From positions 96,001-160,000 of the forward strand of contig CAWHCF010000023.1 in NCBI GenBank assembly GCA_963827655.1: 64,000 nt of DNA, written 5' to 3'. Position numbers and translations under genes: made by a program. Shown here piece by piece: positions 19,741 through 31,412 of the stretch. Position 1 is the first letter of the stretch. Each line of letters starts with the position of its first letter. Origin of the DNA: an uncultured Acidobacteriota bacterium (GTDB lineage Bacteria; Acidobacteriota; UBA6911). Under the pieces are notes generated by a model. The model searched no databases and was not told the origin of the DNA. It saw nothing but the letters and a program-made list of their open reading frames with translations.

Positions 19741-20790
19741 TCAGCAAAGGCGAAGGTCGGAGAAGGCGTTCAGATCCAGCTCGAGCGGCGGAGCGGCGCG
19801 GAGCCTGGGTGTTCCAGCCGCAGCGATCATCGCGGCATTGTCGGTGGTAAGAACCGGCGCCGGATAATACACCGGGATGGTAAGAGCCGCCCCTTCAGCA
19901 GAAACCGGGCTCTCGAAGGTCTCCTTGAAGGTCCGGCGCAGCAGCGTGTTGCAAGCCACGCCTCCGACCAGCAGGATGGATCGCGGCTCGAGCCGCTTGG
20001 CAGCCCGGATCGTCTGGGTCAACAACGTGTCGACGATGGTCTGCTGGTAACTCGCGATCAGATCGAGGATCGTCTGGGGCACTCGCGCGCCGGCGCGCGC
20101 CAGCGGCTGGATTCCCGCCTGGGCAATATGCCGCAGGGCCGCGGTCTTGAATCCGCTGAAACTGAAATCAAGGCTGCCGTCACTGATTTTTGGAATCGAA
20201 AAAGGGAACGCGCGAGGATTTCCCCGGGGGGAAAGTCGATCGATGACCGGTCCCCCCGGGTATCCCAGTCCGAGGAATTTCGAAATCTTGTCCAGCGCCT
20301 CGCCCGCGGCGTCGTCGCGCGTCCTGCCGGCGCATTCGTATCTCCCTTCCTCGGGAGAAAAGACCAGAGAGGTATGTCCGCCCGAGACGACCAGCGCCAG
20401 CAGCGGGAACTGAATATCGGGATGCTCGATGAAGGCCGAATAGATATGCCCCTCGAGATGATTCACCGGGACCAGCGGCTTCTGCAGAGAGTAAGCCATC
20501 GCTTTGGCAAAGGAGACACCCACCAGAAGGGAGCCAATCAAACCCGGACCCTGGGTAACCGCGATGCCGTCAATATCGGCATATTCCTTGCCGGCCTCGC
20601 CGAACGCGCGCCGGACCACGTAGCCGATGTTGCGCAGATGTTCGCGACTGGCGAGCTCCGGCACCACGCCCCCGAAGCTGCGATGGGTTTCGATCTGAGA
20701 AGCGACGACATTGGACAGGACCAGATGCCCATCTTGAACCAGCGCGGCCGCCGTCTCGTCGCACGAGGATTCGATTCCCAGTACCAGCAT
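19741..20790 (-). CDS. tsaD: tRNA N6-adenosine threonylcarbamoyltransferase TsaD
   Basis: LGIESSCDETAAA, GGVVPELASREH, HLEGH, VSGGHT, DDAAGEALDK and TDNAAMIA. Confidence 0.97.
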   Translation of the reverse strand: MLVLGIESSCDETAAALVQDGHLVLSNVVASQIETHRSFGGVVPELASREHLRNIGYVVRRAFGEAGKEYADIDGIAVTQGPGLIGSLLVGVSFAKAMAYSLQKPLVPVNHLEGHIYSAFIEHPDIQFPLLALVVSGGHTSLVFSPEEGRYECAGRTRDDAAGEALDKISKFLGLGYPGGPVIDRLSPRGNPRAFPFSIPKISDGSLDFSFSGFKTAALRHIAQAGIQPLARAGARVPQTILDLIASYQQTIVDTLLTQTIRAAKRLEPRSILLVGGVACNTLLRRTFKETFESPVSAEGAALTIPVYYPAPVLTTDNAAMIAAAGTPRLRAAPPLELDLNAFSDLRLC

Positions 20791-20880
20791 GATGATTGGT
20801 GATTCCTTGCAGCCAGGATCTTCGCGGAAATGCCTAATCGCGTTCGGAAACGGGCTGGCTAACGAAAACTGGGGATTTCC

Positions 20881-21002
20881 TCCTCGTACACGTTCCCGCT
20901 CCCGTTCCCGTTTTCCGGCGATATCCTATGGCAGCCGTTTGATCACCAGCGCCTCGACGTCGATTCCATCGGGAACGCGTACGGGTGCGGGAACGAGGAC
21001 GA
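20881..21002. repeat. Inverted hexamer-array element (CCCGTT/CCCGCT ... GGGAAC/GGGTGC)
   Basis: tcctcgtacacgttcccgctcccgttcccg ... cgggaacgcgtacgggtgcgggaacgagga. Confidence 0.7.
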
Positions 21003-21015
21003 TTCCCAAAAACGG

Positions 21016-22083
<1,068 letters not shown>

Positions 22084-22173
22084 GGGTCCTCGGACCGGCA
22101 GTCTAGCGTATTGAAGTTCTTTTTTGAAGAGGGGCCGAATACCGCCCGACGCAAATACGCCAAGAAACCCTGA

Positions 22174-22201
22174 TTGACAAAGGATTTGAGGCGGTGATAC
22201 T
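22174..22201 (+). promoter_or_regulatory. Sigma70-like promoter TTGACA-N16-GATACT for the TonB receptor operon
   Basis: Perfect -35 at 22174-22179 and GATACT at 22196-22201, about 45 nt before ATG 22247. Confidence 0.55.
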
Positions 22202-22246
22202 CATTTTTCGCGATGAGGGGAACCTCGTTCGCAACAAGAAAAAACC

Positions 22247-24454
22247 ATGAATCTTGCGCTGGTGTTGTTGTCGGCGGCTCTGCTCGCCCAATCCGCAATC
22301 CGCAATCCGCAATCCGCAATCGAAGTGACCGGATTCGTGGTCGACGAAAGCGGAGCCGGACTGCCTCGAGCCAAACTGGAATTCCGAGACCGTGGCGGAA
22401 GTGTCATTGCCTCAACCCAGACCAACACGAAGGGAGAATTCGCCCTATCGGTGCCGGAAGGCTCCTACATCGTGGATGCCATGCTCGCAGGATTCGCGCC
22501 GCTCCTCGGCCAGATCGTCGACGTCGGTCCATCCCCTCCGCCGCTGATGCTGACGCTTCGAATACCCGAAGTCGAGCACCAGATTGTCGTCACCGCAACC
22601 CGGACCGAGGCAGCCGTTCCCCAGGTGGGAGCCAGCATGACCATACTCACCCGGGAACAGCTCTCGCGCGACGGGATCGCCACGGTGGCGGAGGCACTGC
22701 GCAAGGTTCCCGGCCTGGCCCTGGTCCAAAGCGGAGGGCAAGGCCAATTGACGTCGGCCTTTGTGCGCGGAGGAGAATCAGACTACACCAAGGTCCTGCT
22801 CGACGGAATTCCTTTAAACGATCCTGGCGGGAGTTACAACTTCGCCAACCTTTCCGCCACGGCCATCGATCGCATAGAAATAGTGCGCGGGCCGCAGAGC
22901 GCTCTGTTCGGCTCGGATGCCATCGCGGGCGTGATCCAGATTTTTACCCATCGCGCCCGCGAAGATGGGATTTCTCCCACCCCCAGGCTGCTCCTGGAAG
23001 GAGGTACGTTCAGCAGCTTTCGTTACGCCGGCGGCGTCTCGGGCCGGGGAGAACGGTTGGATTACTCCACCTCGTTCTCGCGAACCGACACCGACAACGA
23101 CGTCCTCAACGGATCCTTCAACGAGGCGACTTTTACCGTAAACGCGGGGTTCATTACCTCACAAAAAACGGCGCTGCGCGCGATCTTCCGCAGCGAGGCA
23201 GGGCGCGCCGGTGTGCCGGGGCCCTGGGCCTTCCGGCGGCCCGAGCCGGACGAGCATTTCGAGCGGCGGGATCTTTCGGGCGGACTGGAATTCACGCACT
23301 TCGCGGCAATCTCCTGGAATCAGAAGCTGTCCTACACGGTCAACGACTCGCGTCAGTTCTCGGAAGATCCAGGCGACTCGGGAAGCTTTGTATCGGAGTT
23401 TGAGGGGCACCGGGCTCCCTTCGTTTCGCTGGACTCGCCGTTTCAGTTTCTCAACCACACGAGCCGGCAAAAGATCAACTACCAGAGCGACATCGTCATG
23501 CCGCGCGGGCATCTGCTCACGGCCGGCGCCGACTACGAGCGCGAATCAGGAACCATCGGCGATCCTCAGTCGCTGACCGAAGCGGTTCGCAACAATTTCG
23601 GCTTCTTCGCTCAGGATCAATGGGCGGTACAAAACCGGCTCTTTGCCGCGGCTGGTGTGCGGCTGGAAAACAACGACAGCTTCGGGTTCTTCGCCGCCCC
23701 CCGGCTCTCGCTGGCTTTTCACGCTCACCAGCCCTCCGCCGGCAGCGCCCTGGGACTCACTAAAATCAAGGGAAACTTCGGATTGGGAATCAAGGAGCCC
23801 ACCCTGGTCGAATCCTTCAGCCAGTCGCCGTTTTTCCGGGGTAACCCCGATCTCCGGCCGGAGAAATCGGTGAGTTTCGACGCCGGCATCGAGCAGCATT
23901 TCGGCGCCGGAAGTTCGCTGCTCGAGCTGACCTACTTCGACAACCGCTTTCGCGACCAGGTGGGTTTCGTAACAACGGACTTCACGACTTTCGAGGGATC
24001 GTTCTTCAATATCGGGAAAACCAGGGCGCGGGGGGTCGAAAGCGCCTTGCGGCTCGACCTGAGTCCGCGGTGGGAGGCCGGCGGCGCTTATACCTTCCTG
24101 AATTCCCGCGTGCTGGAAAGTACATCTCCTGATCCCGTATTTGCCCCCGGACAGGAATTGTTCCGCCGGCCGCGGCATTCGGGTTACGTTGACCTGCGCT
24201 GGAAACCGGGAAGCTGGACTCTCGGGGCCACTGCGATACTTGTCGGCAGGCGCGTGGACTCCGATTTCTCCGGCCTTGGTTTAACTCGCAATCCGGGGTA
24301 CGGGGTGCTCAACCTCCTGTTGAGCCACCGCCTGAGCGACTCCATCTCATGGTTTGTTCTGGTGAACAATGCGCTGGATAAGGAGTACATGGAAGTGCTC
24401 GGTTATCCAGCCTTGCGCGCGCACTTCCGCATCGGATTGCGCGCAGGCTTCTGA
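22247..24454 (+). CDS. TonB-dependent outer-membrane receptor, BtuB-like, with an N-terminal carboxypeptidase-regulatory-like domain
   Basis: Signal peptide, IVVTATR TonB box, plug motifs FVRGG and IDRIEIVRGPQSALFGSDAIAGVI, GNPDLRPE, terminal Phe. Confidence 0.9.
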   Translation: MNLALVLLSAALLAQSAIRNPQSAIEVTGFVVDESGAGLPRAKLEFRDRGGSVIASTQTNTKGEFALSVPEGSYIVDAMLAGFAPLLGQIVDVGPSPPPLMLTLRIPEVEHQIVVTATRTEAAVPQVGASMTILTREQLSRDGIATVAEALRKVPGLALVQSGGQGQLTSAFVRGGESDYTKVLLDGIPLNDPGGSYNFANLSATAIDRIEIVRGPQSALFGSDAIAGVIQIFTHRAREDGISPTPRLLLEGGTFSSFRYAGGVSGRGERLDYSTSFSRTDTDNDVLNGSFNEATFTVNAGFITSQKTALRAIFRSEAGRAGVPGPWAFRRPEPDEHFERRDLSGGLEFTHFAAISWNQKLSYTVNDSRQFSEDPGDSGSFVSEFEGHRAPFVSLDSPFQFLNHTSRQKINYQSDIVMPRGHLLTAGADYERESGTIGDPQSLTEAVRNNFGFFAQDQWAVQNRLFAAAGVRLENNDSFGFFAAPRLSLAFHAHQPSAGSALGLTKIKGNFGLGIKEPTLVESFSQSPFFRGNPDLRPEKSVSFDAGIEQHFGAGSSLLELTYFDNRFRDQVGFVTTDFTTFEGSFFNIGKTRARGVESALRLDLSPRWEAGGAYTFLNSRVLESTSPDPVFAPGQELFRRPRHSGYVDLRWKPGSWTLGATAILVGRRVDSDFSGLGLTRNPGYGVLNLLLSHRLSDSISWFVLVNNALDKEYMEVLGYPALRAHFRIGLRAGF
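22289..22321 (+). repeat. In-frame heptamer tandem repeat (CAATCCG)n inside the receptor gene
   Basis: caatccgcaatccgcaatccgcaatccgcaatc encodes QSAIRNPQSAI directly after the signal peptide. Confidence 0.9.
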
Positions 24455-24478
24455 GAGGCGACAAGGCTCGTGGCCGGC

Positions 24479-25183
24479 ATGAAAGAACCGCTGGTAGTCT
24501 CCTGGAGCGGGGGCAAGGACTCGGCTCGGGCGCTGTATGAGATCCTTCAGCGAGATGAATTCGAAGTCCTTGCTCTTTTAACCACGCTAACCGACGTCTA
24601 TGATCAGATCAGCATGCACGGCGTTCCCCGGGTCCTCCTCGAGGCCCAGGCGGCGGCGCTTCGCCTGCCGCTTGATATTATGCGGATTCGAAAGGGAGCT
24701 CCGAACACCGAGTACGAATCGACCCTGCTCGACACACTCTCGAGATACGACAAACGCGGCGTGAGGCGCGTCGTCTTCGGCGACCTCTTCCTCGAGGATA
24801 TCCGGCAGTATCGACAGGCGGTCCTGGCCAGGATCGGGATGACCGGGTTGTACCCGTTGTGGCAGCGCGACACGGCTCAGCTGGCGCAGGAGCTGATTGG
24901 CCTCGGTTTCCGCGCCATCGTGACCTGCGTCGATCCCAAGGCTCTGCCCGAATCATTCGCCGGCAGAGAGCTCGATGCAGACTTTCTGCGCTCACTTCCT
25001 TCCGGAGTCGATCCGAGCGGCGAAAACGGCGAGTTCCACACTTTTGTGTTCGACGGTCCGAACTTCCGTGAGCCGGTAAGATTTGAAACAGGTAAAGTCG
25101 AATTCAGAGACTCGTTCCACTTCTGCGGTTTGATCCCGCCAGAGAATCCACCGCGAAGTCGCGAAGACGCCAAGGAACAGTAA
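24479..25183 (+). CDS. PP-loop ATP-binding protein, diphthine-ammonia ligase (Dph6)-related family
   Basis: SWSGGKDS PP-loop, SMHGV, VVFGDLFLED and DPSGENGEFHTFVFDGP. Confidence 0.88.
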   Translation: MKEPLVVSWSGGKDSARALYEILQRDEFEVLALLTTLTDVYDQISMHGVPRVLLEAQAAALRLPLDIMRIRKGAPNTEYESTLLDTLSRYDKRGVRRVVFGDLFLEDIRQYRQAVLARIGMTGLYPLWQRDTAQLAQELIGLGFRAIVTCVDPKALPESFAGRELDADFLRSLPSGVDPSGENGEFHTFVFDGPNFREPVRFETGKVEFRDSFHFCGLIPPENPPRSREDAKEQ

Positions 25184-25253
25184 GAATCATTGGTCTTGCC
25201 CGGTCCGGAGTGGTAGAAAGTACCTCTGGATGGAGAGATGGAGGAAATTTTAG

Positions 25254-27209
25254 ATGGCTAAAGCTGTTGCAGATATCGAGTCCATTCTGCGTGAGAACCG
25301 GGTCTTCAAACCGCCGAAGCGTTTCAGTGAGAAAGCCCACATCCAGAGCATGCCCAAGTACGAGAGGATGTACCGGGAGTCGATTCGCGATCCGGAGAAG
25401 TTCTGGGCCAAGCGCGCGGCTGAACTGCACTGGTTCAAGAAGTGGAAACGAGTGCTCCAGTGGAAGCCTCCGTTCGCCCAGTGGTTTGTGGGCGGCAAAA
25501 CCAACATCTCGCACAACTGTCTTGACCGCCATCTCTCGACCTGGCGCAAGAACAAGGCGGCCCTTATCTGGGAAGGAGAGCCTGGCGAAATCCGTACTCT
25601 CACCTATCAACAACTTCACCGCGAAGTCTGCAAGTTCGGAAATGTTCTGAAGGAACTGGGGGTTCAAAAAGGGGACCGCGTGGTGATCTACATGGGCATG
25701 GTGCCCGAACTCCCGATTGCCATGCTCGCCTGCGCCCGAGTTGGCGCCACTCATTCTGTAGTATTCGGCGGGTTCTCGGCGGAGGCGCTCCGGGACCGGA
25801 TCAATGACGCGCAAGCCTCGGCCGTCATCTGCGCGGATGGCGCTTTTCGCCGGGGAACGGAGGTCAAACTGAAGGGCGCGGTCGATGAGGCGCTGAGAGA
25901 ATCTCCGTCGGTCAAGAAGGTAATCGTCTTCAAGCGCACCGGCTCCCCTGTGGAGATGGCCGCCGACCGCGACTACTGGTGGCACGAGCTGATGGCGCGC
26001 GCGCCGGCCGAACTGGACGCCGTCCCCGTGGACTCGGAGCATCCTCTATTCACGCTTTACACCAGCGGGACCACGGGGAAGCCGAAGGGGGTCGTCCACA
26101 CAACGGGCGGCTACATGACCTACGTCTACCTGACCACAAAGTATGTCTTCGACTTGAAAGACGAAGATACGTACTGGTGCACGGCAGACATCGGCTGGGT
26201 CACCGGCCACAGTTACATCGTTTACGGTCCTCTTCTCAACGGCGCCACCAGCATGATGTACGAAGGCGCGCCCAACTATCCCAACCCGGACCGTTTCTGG
26301 GACATTGTAGACCGGCACAAGATAAATGTTTTTTACACGGCGCCCACCGCCATCCGCGCCTTCATAAAATGGGGAGAGGAATGGCCCCTGAAGCACGATC
26401 TCTCAAGCCTCCGGCTCCTGGGAACCGTGGGAGAGCCGATCAATCCCGAAGCCTGGATCTGGTATCACAAGATAATCGGAAAGGGGCGCTGCCCCATTGT
26501 GGATACATGGTGGCAGACTGAAACCGGCGGCATATTGATTACCCCGTTACCGGGAGCCACTCCCACGAAGCCGGGGACGGCAACGCGACCGTTCTTCGGC
26601 ATCGTTCCCGACGTGGTGGATCGGTCCGGCAAGAGTGTTCCTGCCAACTCGGGCGGATACCTCGTGATCCGGAAGCCCTGGCCCGCCATGCTCCGCACCA
26701 TCTGGGGCGACGACGAGCGCTACAAACGCCAGTACTGGTCGGAGATCGAAGGAGTTTATTTTTCCGGTGACGGCGCGCGCAAAGACAAAGACGGTAATTT
26801 CTGGATTATGGGGCGTGTGGACGACGTTATCAACGTAGCCGGCCATCGCCTCGGAACCATGGAGGTCGAGAGCGCGCTGGTTTCCCATCCCAGGGTCGCG
26901 GAATCAGCCGTCGTGGGCCGTCCGGACGATCTCAAGGGCCAGGCCATCGTCGCCTTCGTTACCCTGGAAGGCGGCAACAGTCCGTCGCCGAACTTGGGAG
27001 AAGAGTTGCGCGCGCATGTAGCCAAGGAGATCGGATCGCTCGCGAAGCCCGACGACATTCGATTTACCGATGCATTGCCCAAGACACGATCCGGGAAGAT
27101 CATGCGCCGGCTCCTGCGCGAGATCGCCGCGGGCGGCGCGGTCAAGGGAGACGTGACGACTCTCGAAGACTTTACAGTGCTTGAAAAACTCCGCGCCGCG
27201 GAAGAATAA
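25254..27209 (+). CDS. acs: Acetyl-CoA synthetase (AMP-forming)
   Basis: [35 protein letters not shown] and [12 protein letters not shown]. Confidence 0.97.
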   Translation: MAKAVADIESILRENRVFKPPKRFSEKAHIQSMPKYERMYRESIRDPEKFWAKRAAELHWFKKWKRVLQWKPPFAQWFVGGKTNISHNCLDRHLSTWRKNKAALIWEGEPGEIRTLTYQQLHREVCKFGNVLKELGVQKGDRVVIYMGMVPELPIAMLACARVGATHSVVFGGFSAEALRDRINDAQASAVICADGAFRRGTEVKLKGAVDEALRESPSVKKVIVFKRTGSPVEMAADRDYWWHELMARAPAELDAVPVDSEHPLFTLYTSGTTGKPKGVVHTTGGYMTYVYLTTKYVFDLKDEDTYWCTADIGWVTGHSYIVYGPLLNGATSMMYEGAPNYPNPDRFWDIVDRHKINVFYTAPTAIRAFIKWGEEWPLKHDLSSLRLLGTVGEPINPEAWIWYHKIIGKGRCPIVDTWWQTETGGILITPLPGATPTKPGTATRPFFGIVPDVVDRSGKSVPANSGGYLVIRKPWPAMLRTIWGDDERYKRQYWSEIEGVYFSGDGARKDKDGNFWIMGRVDDVINVAGHRLGTMEVESALVSHPRVAESAVVGRPDDLKGQAIVAFVTLEGGNSPSPNLGEELRAHVAKEIGSLAKPDDIRFTDALPKTRSGKIMRRLLREIAAGGAVKGDVTTLEDFTVLEKLRAAEE

Positions 27210-27288
27210 GGGACACAGTCTGAACCACGAAGACGCGAAGACGCCAAGGATTCCTGGCCATGAAGACCGAAGGCTGGGAGCACGTGAC

Positions 27289-27888
27289 GTGATACTCACC
27301 TACGCCAATCAGCTGACGATCTTGCGAATGATCTTCATTCCCTGTTTCGTTCTGCTGCTGATTTACGGCTACTTGAAGAGCGCCACGGCGGTGTTTATCT
27401 TCGCCGGCATTACCGACGGACTCGATGGCCTCCTGGCCCGCAAGCTCCAGCAGAAGACTGCGCTGGGATCATTTCTGGATCCCATGGCGGACAAGCTGCT
27501 CATCACCGCCGCCTTTGTGACCCTGACCCTCCCTTCAGTTCCGGTCGCGTTTCACATTCCAATCTGGCTCACCATAACTTCGATCAGCCGGGATCTCCTT
27601 ATCGCGCTGGCCGTGTTGATCATCCACCTTCACACCAGGCACACGCAGTTCCCGCCGTCGTTCCTGGGCAAATGCACCACGACGGCCCAGCTGGTAACGG
27701 TCGGCGCCGCGCTGGTCGGGCATTTCTACACTGGATTTGGCATGGAAATTTTCCCACCCGTGGTCTACTCTACTTTGGCTTTGACGGTGGTTTCTGGGCT
27801 TCACTACTTCTACCGTTCGGTGCAGATCATCGAACGCTATCAGAGACCGGACACAGCCAATGGCGGGGCAAGGCATCAAGGTCCATGA
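27289..27888 (+). CDS. CDP-alcohol phosphatidyltransferase (PgsA/cardiolipin synthase family)
   Basis: ANQLTILR and the DGLDGLLAR...GSFLDPMADK signature. GTG start inferred after GGGAG. Confidence 0.9.
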   Translation: MILTYANQLTILRMIFIPCFVLLLIYGYLKSATAVFIFAGITDGLDGLLARKLQQKTALGSFLDPMADKLLITAAFVTLTLPSVPVAFHIPIWLTITSISRDLLIALAVLIIHLHTRHTQFPPSFLGKCTTTAQLVTVGAALVGHFYTGFGMEIFPPVVYSTLALTVVSGLHYFYRSVQIIERYQRPDTANGGARHQGP

Positions 27889-29209
27889 AGTCGAAACGGG
27901 GTCGCCGGCCGAAAAGGCCGGACTTGTTCCCGGCGACGAAATCCTTTCGGTTAATCAGCATCGGATCCCGGATGAGCTCGCGCTCAAGTTTTATCTCGCC
28001 GAAGAGCTGGTGCAGGTACAGGTACGCAAAGCCGATGGTAGCGAAGAGTTGCTGGATCTGGACCTTTCCGATGGGGCCGGGCTTGGAATCCGGGTGGAAG
28101 ACTTCAAGACCCGCACGTGTAACAACGCCTGCATGTTCTGCTTCATCGACCAGCTCCCTCCCGGAGCTCGATCGACACTGCAGGTCAAGGACGACGATTA
28201 CCGGCTCTCGTTTCTTCACGGCAATTACATAACCCTGACCAATCTGCCCGAGAAAGAGCTGGATCGGATCATCGAACAAGCCCTCTCGCCGCTCTACGTT
28301 TCGGTCCACGCTACCGATCCCGACCTGCGCACACGCATTCTGGGGCGGCGCAAGGTGGATGATCTTGACCGCAAGATGCGCAAGCTGATCGAGGGAGGCA
28401 TTCGACTCAACACTCAGATTGTCCTGATGCCGGAGATCAATGATGGGAAGCATCTCGAGAAAACTGTGTCCGACCTGTACCGATACTATCCGGGCGTGAA
28501 TTCCGTCGCCATCGTGCCGCTGGGTCTGTCCGACCACGGGAACGCGCGAGCGCACTACGCCGCGGTGACGGCGCCGTATTGCCGCAGGATCATACAGGAG
28601 GTATCCCCCTGGCAGGAGCGGTTCCGGGCTGAAATAAACCGAACCTTCGCTTACCTCGCCGACGAGTTTTACATCCAGGGGGAAGTCCCGCTGCCGGAGA
28701 CGGATTATTACGACGATTTTGCGCAGATCGAGGACGGAGTGGGAATGGTGCGGAAGTTTCTCAACGAGTTCAGGTCGGAGATGGCCCGGTGGCGCAAGCC
28801 ACGCCAGCAGCTCTGCGGCACTCTGGTTACCGCCAGACTCTTCTATCCGTATCTGCAGCAGTCCATCCACCGATTCAACGAAAAGTTCGCATCTCGACTG
28901 AAAGTGCAGCTCGTGGACAACCGATTCATGGGCAACGACATTACGGTCGCTGGACTGCTGTCCGGAAGCGATATCGTGGCCGCCTTGCGGGATCGTCCGC
29001 TGGGAGATTTCGTGATCATCCCAAACGAAGCCATCTCCAGAGTGGACGGCATCCTGGTCGACAATATGTCACCCGGACACATTTCCACTCACCTGGGAAC
29101 CCCCGTTTACTCCAGCGGGTCGACCGTGCGCGATTTCTTCACGCTCCTCTTTCCGGTGTCAGGCCGTGAATATTCAAATCGGTGTTTTCTAAAGGCCACC
29201 CCCAGATAA
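27860..29209 (+). CDS. PDZ + radical-SAM-like Fe-S protein with DUF512 domain
   Basis: N-terminal PDZ (GSPAEKAGLVPGDEILSVN), CNNACMFC (CxxxCxxC), KDDDYRLSFLHGNYITLTN, and ITVAGLL. Confidence 0.88.
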   Translation: MAGQGIKVHEVETGSPAEKAGLVPGDEILSVNQHRIPDELALKFYLAEELVQVQVRKADGSEELLDLDLSDGAGLGIRVEDFKTRTCNNACMFCFIDQLPPGARSTLQVKDDDYRLSFLHGNYITLTNLPEKELDRIIEQALSPLYVSVHATDPDLRTRILGRRKVDDLDRKMRKLIEGGIRLNTQIVLMPEINDGKHLEKTVSDLYRYYPGVNSVAIVPLGLSDHGNARAHYAAVTAPYCRRIIQEVSPWQERFRAEINRTFAYLADEFYIQGEVPLPETDYYDDFAQIEDGVGMVRKFLNEFRSEMARWRKPRQQLCGTLVTARLFYPYLQQSIHRFNEKFASRLKVQLVDNRFMGNDITVAGLLSGSDIVAALRDRPLGDFVIIPNEAISRVDGILVDNMSPGHISTHLGTPVYSSGSTVRDFFTLLFPVSGREYSNRCFLKATPR

Positions 29210-29213
29210 AAAA

Positions 29214-31304
29214 ATGAATCTTCAAGGCCTGACATCCATTCTTCTGCTGGTGCTTGCTGTCGCAGACGCGGCACTCAAACCGCCAGTAGCGCAGAAAAAA
29301 CCGAAGATCACCGAAATCCACGGCGACCGGCTCGTCGATGAATACTTCTGGTTGCGAGACAAGTCCAACCCGGACGTGGCGGCTTACCTCGAAGCGGAAA
29401 ACACTTACACCGATAGTGTGATGAAGTCGACCGTGCCCTTCCAGGAAGCTCTTTACCAGGAGATGCTGGGGCGGATCAAGCAGACCGACTTGACGGTTCC
29501 GTATCGCCTAAGAGGCTATTACTACTACTCACGCACCGAGGAAGGGAAGCAGTATCCCATCATGTGCCGGAAGAAAGGAAGCCTTGACGCGGCGGAAGAG
29601 ATCACGCTCGATGTCAACGAGCTCGCCAAAGGTCAGAAGTTCATGTCGCTTGGAGCCTACGAGGTGAGTGACGACGGCAACCTCCTGGCCTATTCCACCG
29701 ACAACACCGGATTTCGCCAGTACACCCTCCAGATCAAGGACCTCAGGACCGGAGAGCTGCGCCCTGAGAAGATCGAAAAAACGGTCTCGGTAGACTGGGC
29801 GGCTGACAACGCGACTCTTTTCTATACCGTCGAGGACCACGCAAAGAGACCGTACCGGCTTTACCGTCATAGGCTGGGCGCTTCGTCGGACGATATCGTG
29901 TACGAAGAGAAGGACGAGAGGTTCTCGCTCTCCACGAACCGGTCACGCAGCAACGCCTACATTTTCATGGCCTCCGAGAGCCTTACGGCGTCCGAGGTAC
30001 GCTACTTGCCGGCGGATCGACCGGCGGAGACCTGGAAGGTGATTCTGCCGCGTGAGGTCGAGCATGAATATGAGGTGGACCACCGCGCGGATCTCTTTTA
30101 CATCCGGACCAATCAAGGGGCGCGCAACTTCAGGCTCGTGTCTGCGCCCGTCACCAAGCCCGGCAAAGCGAACTGGAAGGAGGTGATTCCACACCGACCC
30201 AACGTGATGCTGGAAGGGATGGATTTCTTCGCTCATCACTATGTGCTCTTCGAGCGCGAAGATGGGCTTCCTCAGCTGCGGGTAACGAATCTGCATAACG
30301 GCAACACCCAACGCATCAAGTTCCCCGAACCAGCCTACTCGGCTTTTCCCTCGGCCAACCCGGAATTCGAAACGGCTCTCTTTCGTTACAACTATCAGTC
30401 TTTTGTCACGCCGAGTTCCGTTTTCGACTACGACATGGAAAACGGAACGTCAAAGCTTCTCAAGGAGACCGAAGTGCTCGGAGGCTATGATCGGTCGCTC
30501 TATGCGTCCGAACGCCTGGCGGCTCCGGCACCTGATGGCACTCGCATCCCGATCTCAGTCGCCTACCGAAAGGGCATGAAACGCGACGGCGCTTCACCGA
30601 TGCTGCTGACCGCCTACGGTTCCTACGGCGCCTCGAGTCCGGTGAGTTTCTCCTCCAATCGACTCAGCCTCCTCGATCGAGGCGTGACCTTCGCCCTCGC
30701 CCACATTCGGGGCGGAGGTGACCTGGGAAAGGCCTGGCATGACAATGGGCGCATGCTGAAAAAAAAGAACACCTTTACGGACTTCATCGCGGCCGCGGAG
30801 TTCCTGATCGCCGGCAAGTACACAAGCAAGGACCGGCTTGTTATCGAGGGGGGGAGCGCCGGCGGGCTGCTCATGGGCGCCGTGACCAACCTGCGCCCCG
30901 ATCTCTTCAAGGCGGTCGTCTCGCACGTCCCGTTCGTCGACGTGATCAATACGATGCTGGACGAGTCGCTTCCTCTCACGGTCGGGGAGTTCGAGGAATG
31001 GGGAAATCCGAAGAAGAAACCCGAATACGACTACATCAAGACCTACTGCCCGTACACCAACCTCGGGAGCAAGAATTATCCGGCCGTCCTGGTCAAGACT
31101 TCCTTCAACGATAGCCAGGTGATGTATTGGGAGCCGGCCAAGTACGTAGCCCGGCTCCGGACCCTCAAGACCGATTCCAACGTCCTGATCCTCAAGACCA
31201 ACATGGCGGCCGGCCACGGCGGCTCATCGGGCCGGTACGATCGCCTGCGTGAGATCGCATTCGACTACGCGTTCATTCTCGGCCAGCTCGGCATCAAAAA
31301 CTAG
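29214..31304 (+). CDS. ptrB: Oligopeptidase B (S9A prolyl oligopeptidase family), exported
   Basis: Signal peptide, DEYFWLR, GGSAGG (Ser), NDSQV (Asp) and AGHGG (His). Confidence 0.93.
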   Translation: MNLQGLTSILLLVLAVADAALKPPVAQKKPKITEIHGDRLVDEYFWLRDKSNPDVAAYLEAENTYTDSVMKSTVPFQEALYQEMLGRIKQTDLTVPYRLRGYYYYSRTEEGKQYPIMCRKKGSLDAAEEITLDVNELAKGQKFMSLGAYEVSDDGNLLAYSTDNTGFRQYTLQIKDLRTGELRPEKIEKTVSVDWAADNATLFYTVEDHAKRPYRLYRHRLGASSDDIVYEEKDERFSLSTNRSRSNAYIFMASESLTASEVRYLPADRPAETWKVILPREVEHEYEVDHRADLFYIRTNQGARNFRLVSAPVTKPGKANWKEVIPHRPNVMLEGMDFFAHHYVLFEREDGLPQLRVTNLHNGNTQRIKFPEPAYSAFPSANPEFETALFRYNYQSFVTPSSVFDYDMENGTSKLLKETEVLGGYDRSLYASERLAAPAPDGTRIPISVAYRKGMKRDGASPMLLTAYGSYGASSPVSFSSNRLSLLDRGVTFALAHIRGGGDLGKAWHDNGRMLKKKNTFTDFIAAAEFLIAGKYTSKDRLVIEGGSAGGLLMGAVTNLRPDLFKAVVSHVPFVDVINTMLDESLPLTVGEFEEWGNPKKKPEYDYIKTYCPYTNLGSKNYPAVLVKTSFNDSQVMYWEPAKYVARLRTLKTDSNVLILKTNMAAGHGGSSGRYDRLREIAFDYAFILGQLGIKN

Positions 31305-31412
31305 CGCGTCATTCTTAAGACGCCTGCGGAACTCAAAGGGCTTGTAACCGGGCCGGCGCTCTTGCAGAATGAGTGCCCGCTCGAACCTGCTGAAATACGG
31401 CGGAGAACTTGA

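Noticed and set aside
19705-20802. Long antisense or alternate-frame ORFs (e.g. 19705..20802, 22213..23403, 27827..28870, 32676..33764, 36969..38243, 43401..44717, 53551..54621)
   Set aside because: They are shadows of well-supported genes in GC-rich DNA and carry no family motifs.
22174-22201. Resemblance to the lambda PL promoter (TTGACA...GGCGGTGATACT)
   Set aside because: It is a short match with no phage genes or operator array, so it is treated as coincidence.
22084-22246. Cobalamin riboswitch upstream of the BtuB-like receptor
   Set aside because: Only a GGGAA-containing mini-hairpin is present. The leader is too short and no B12 box is recognisable.
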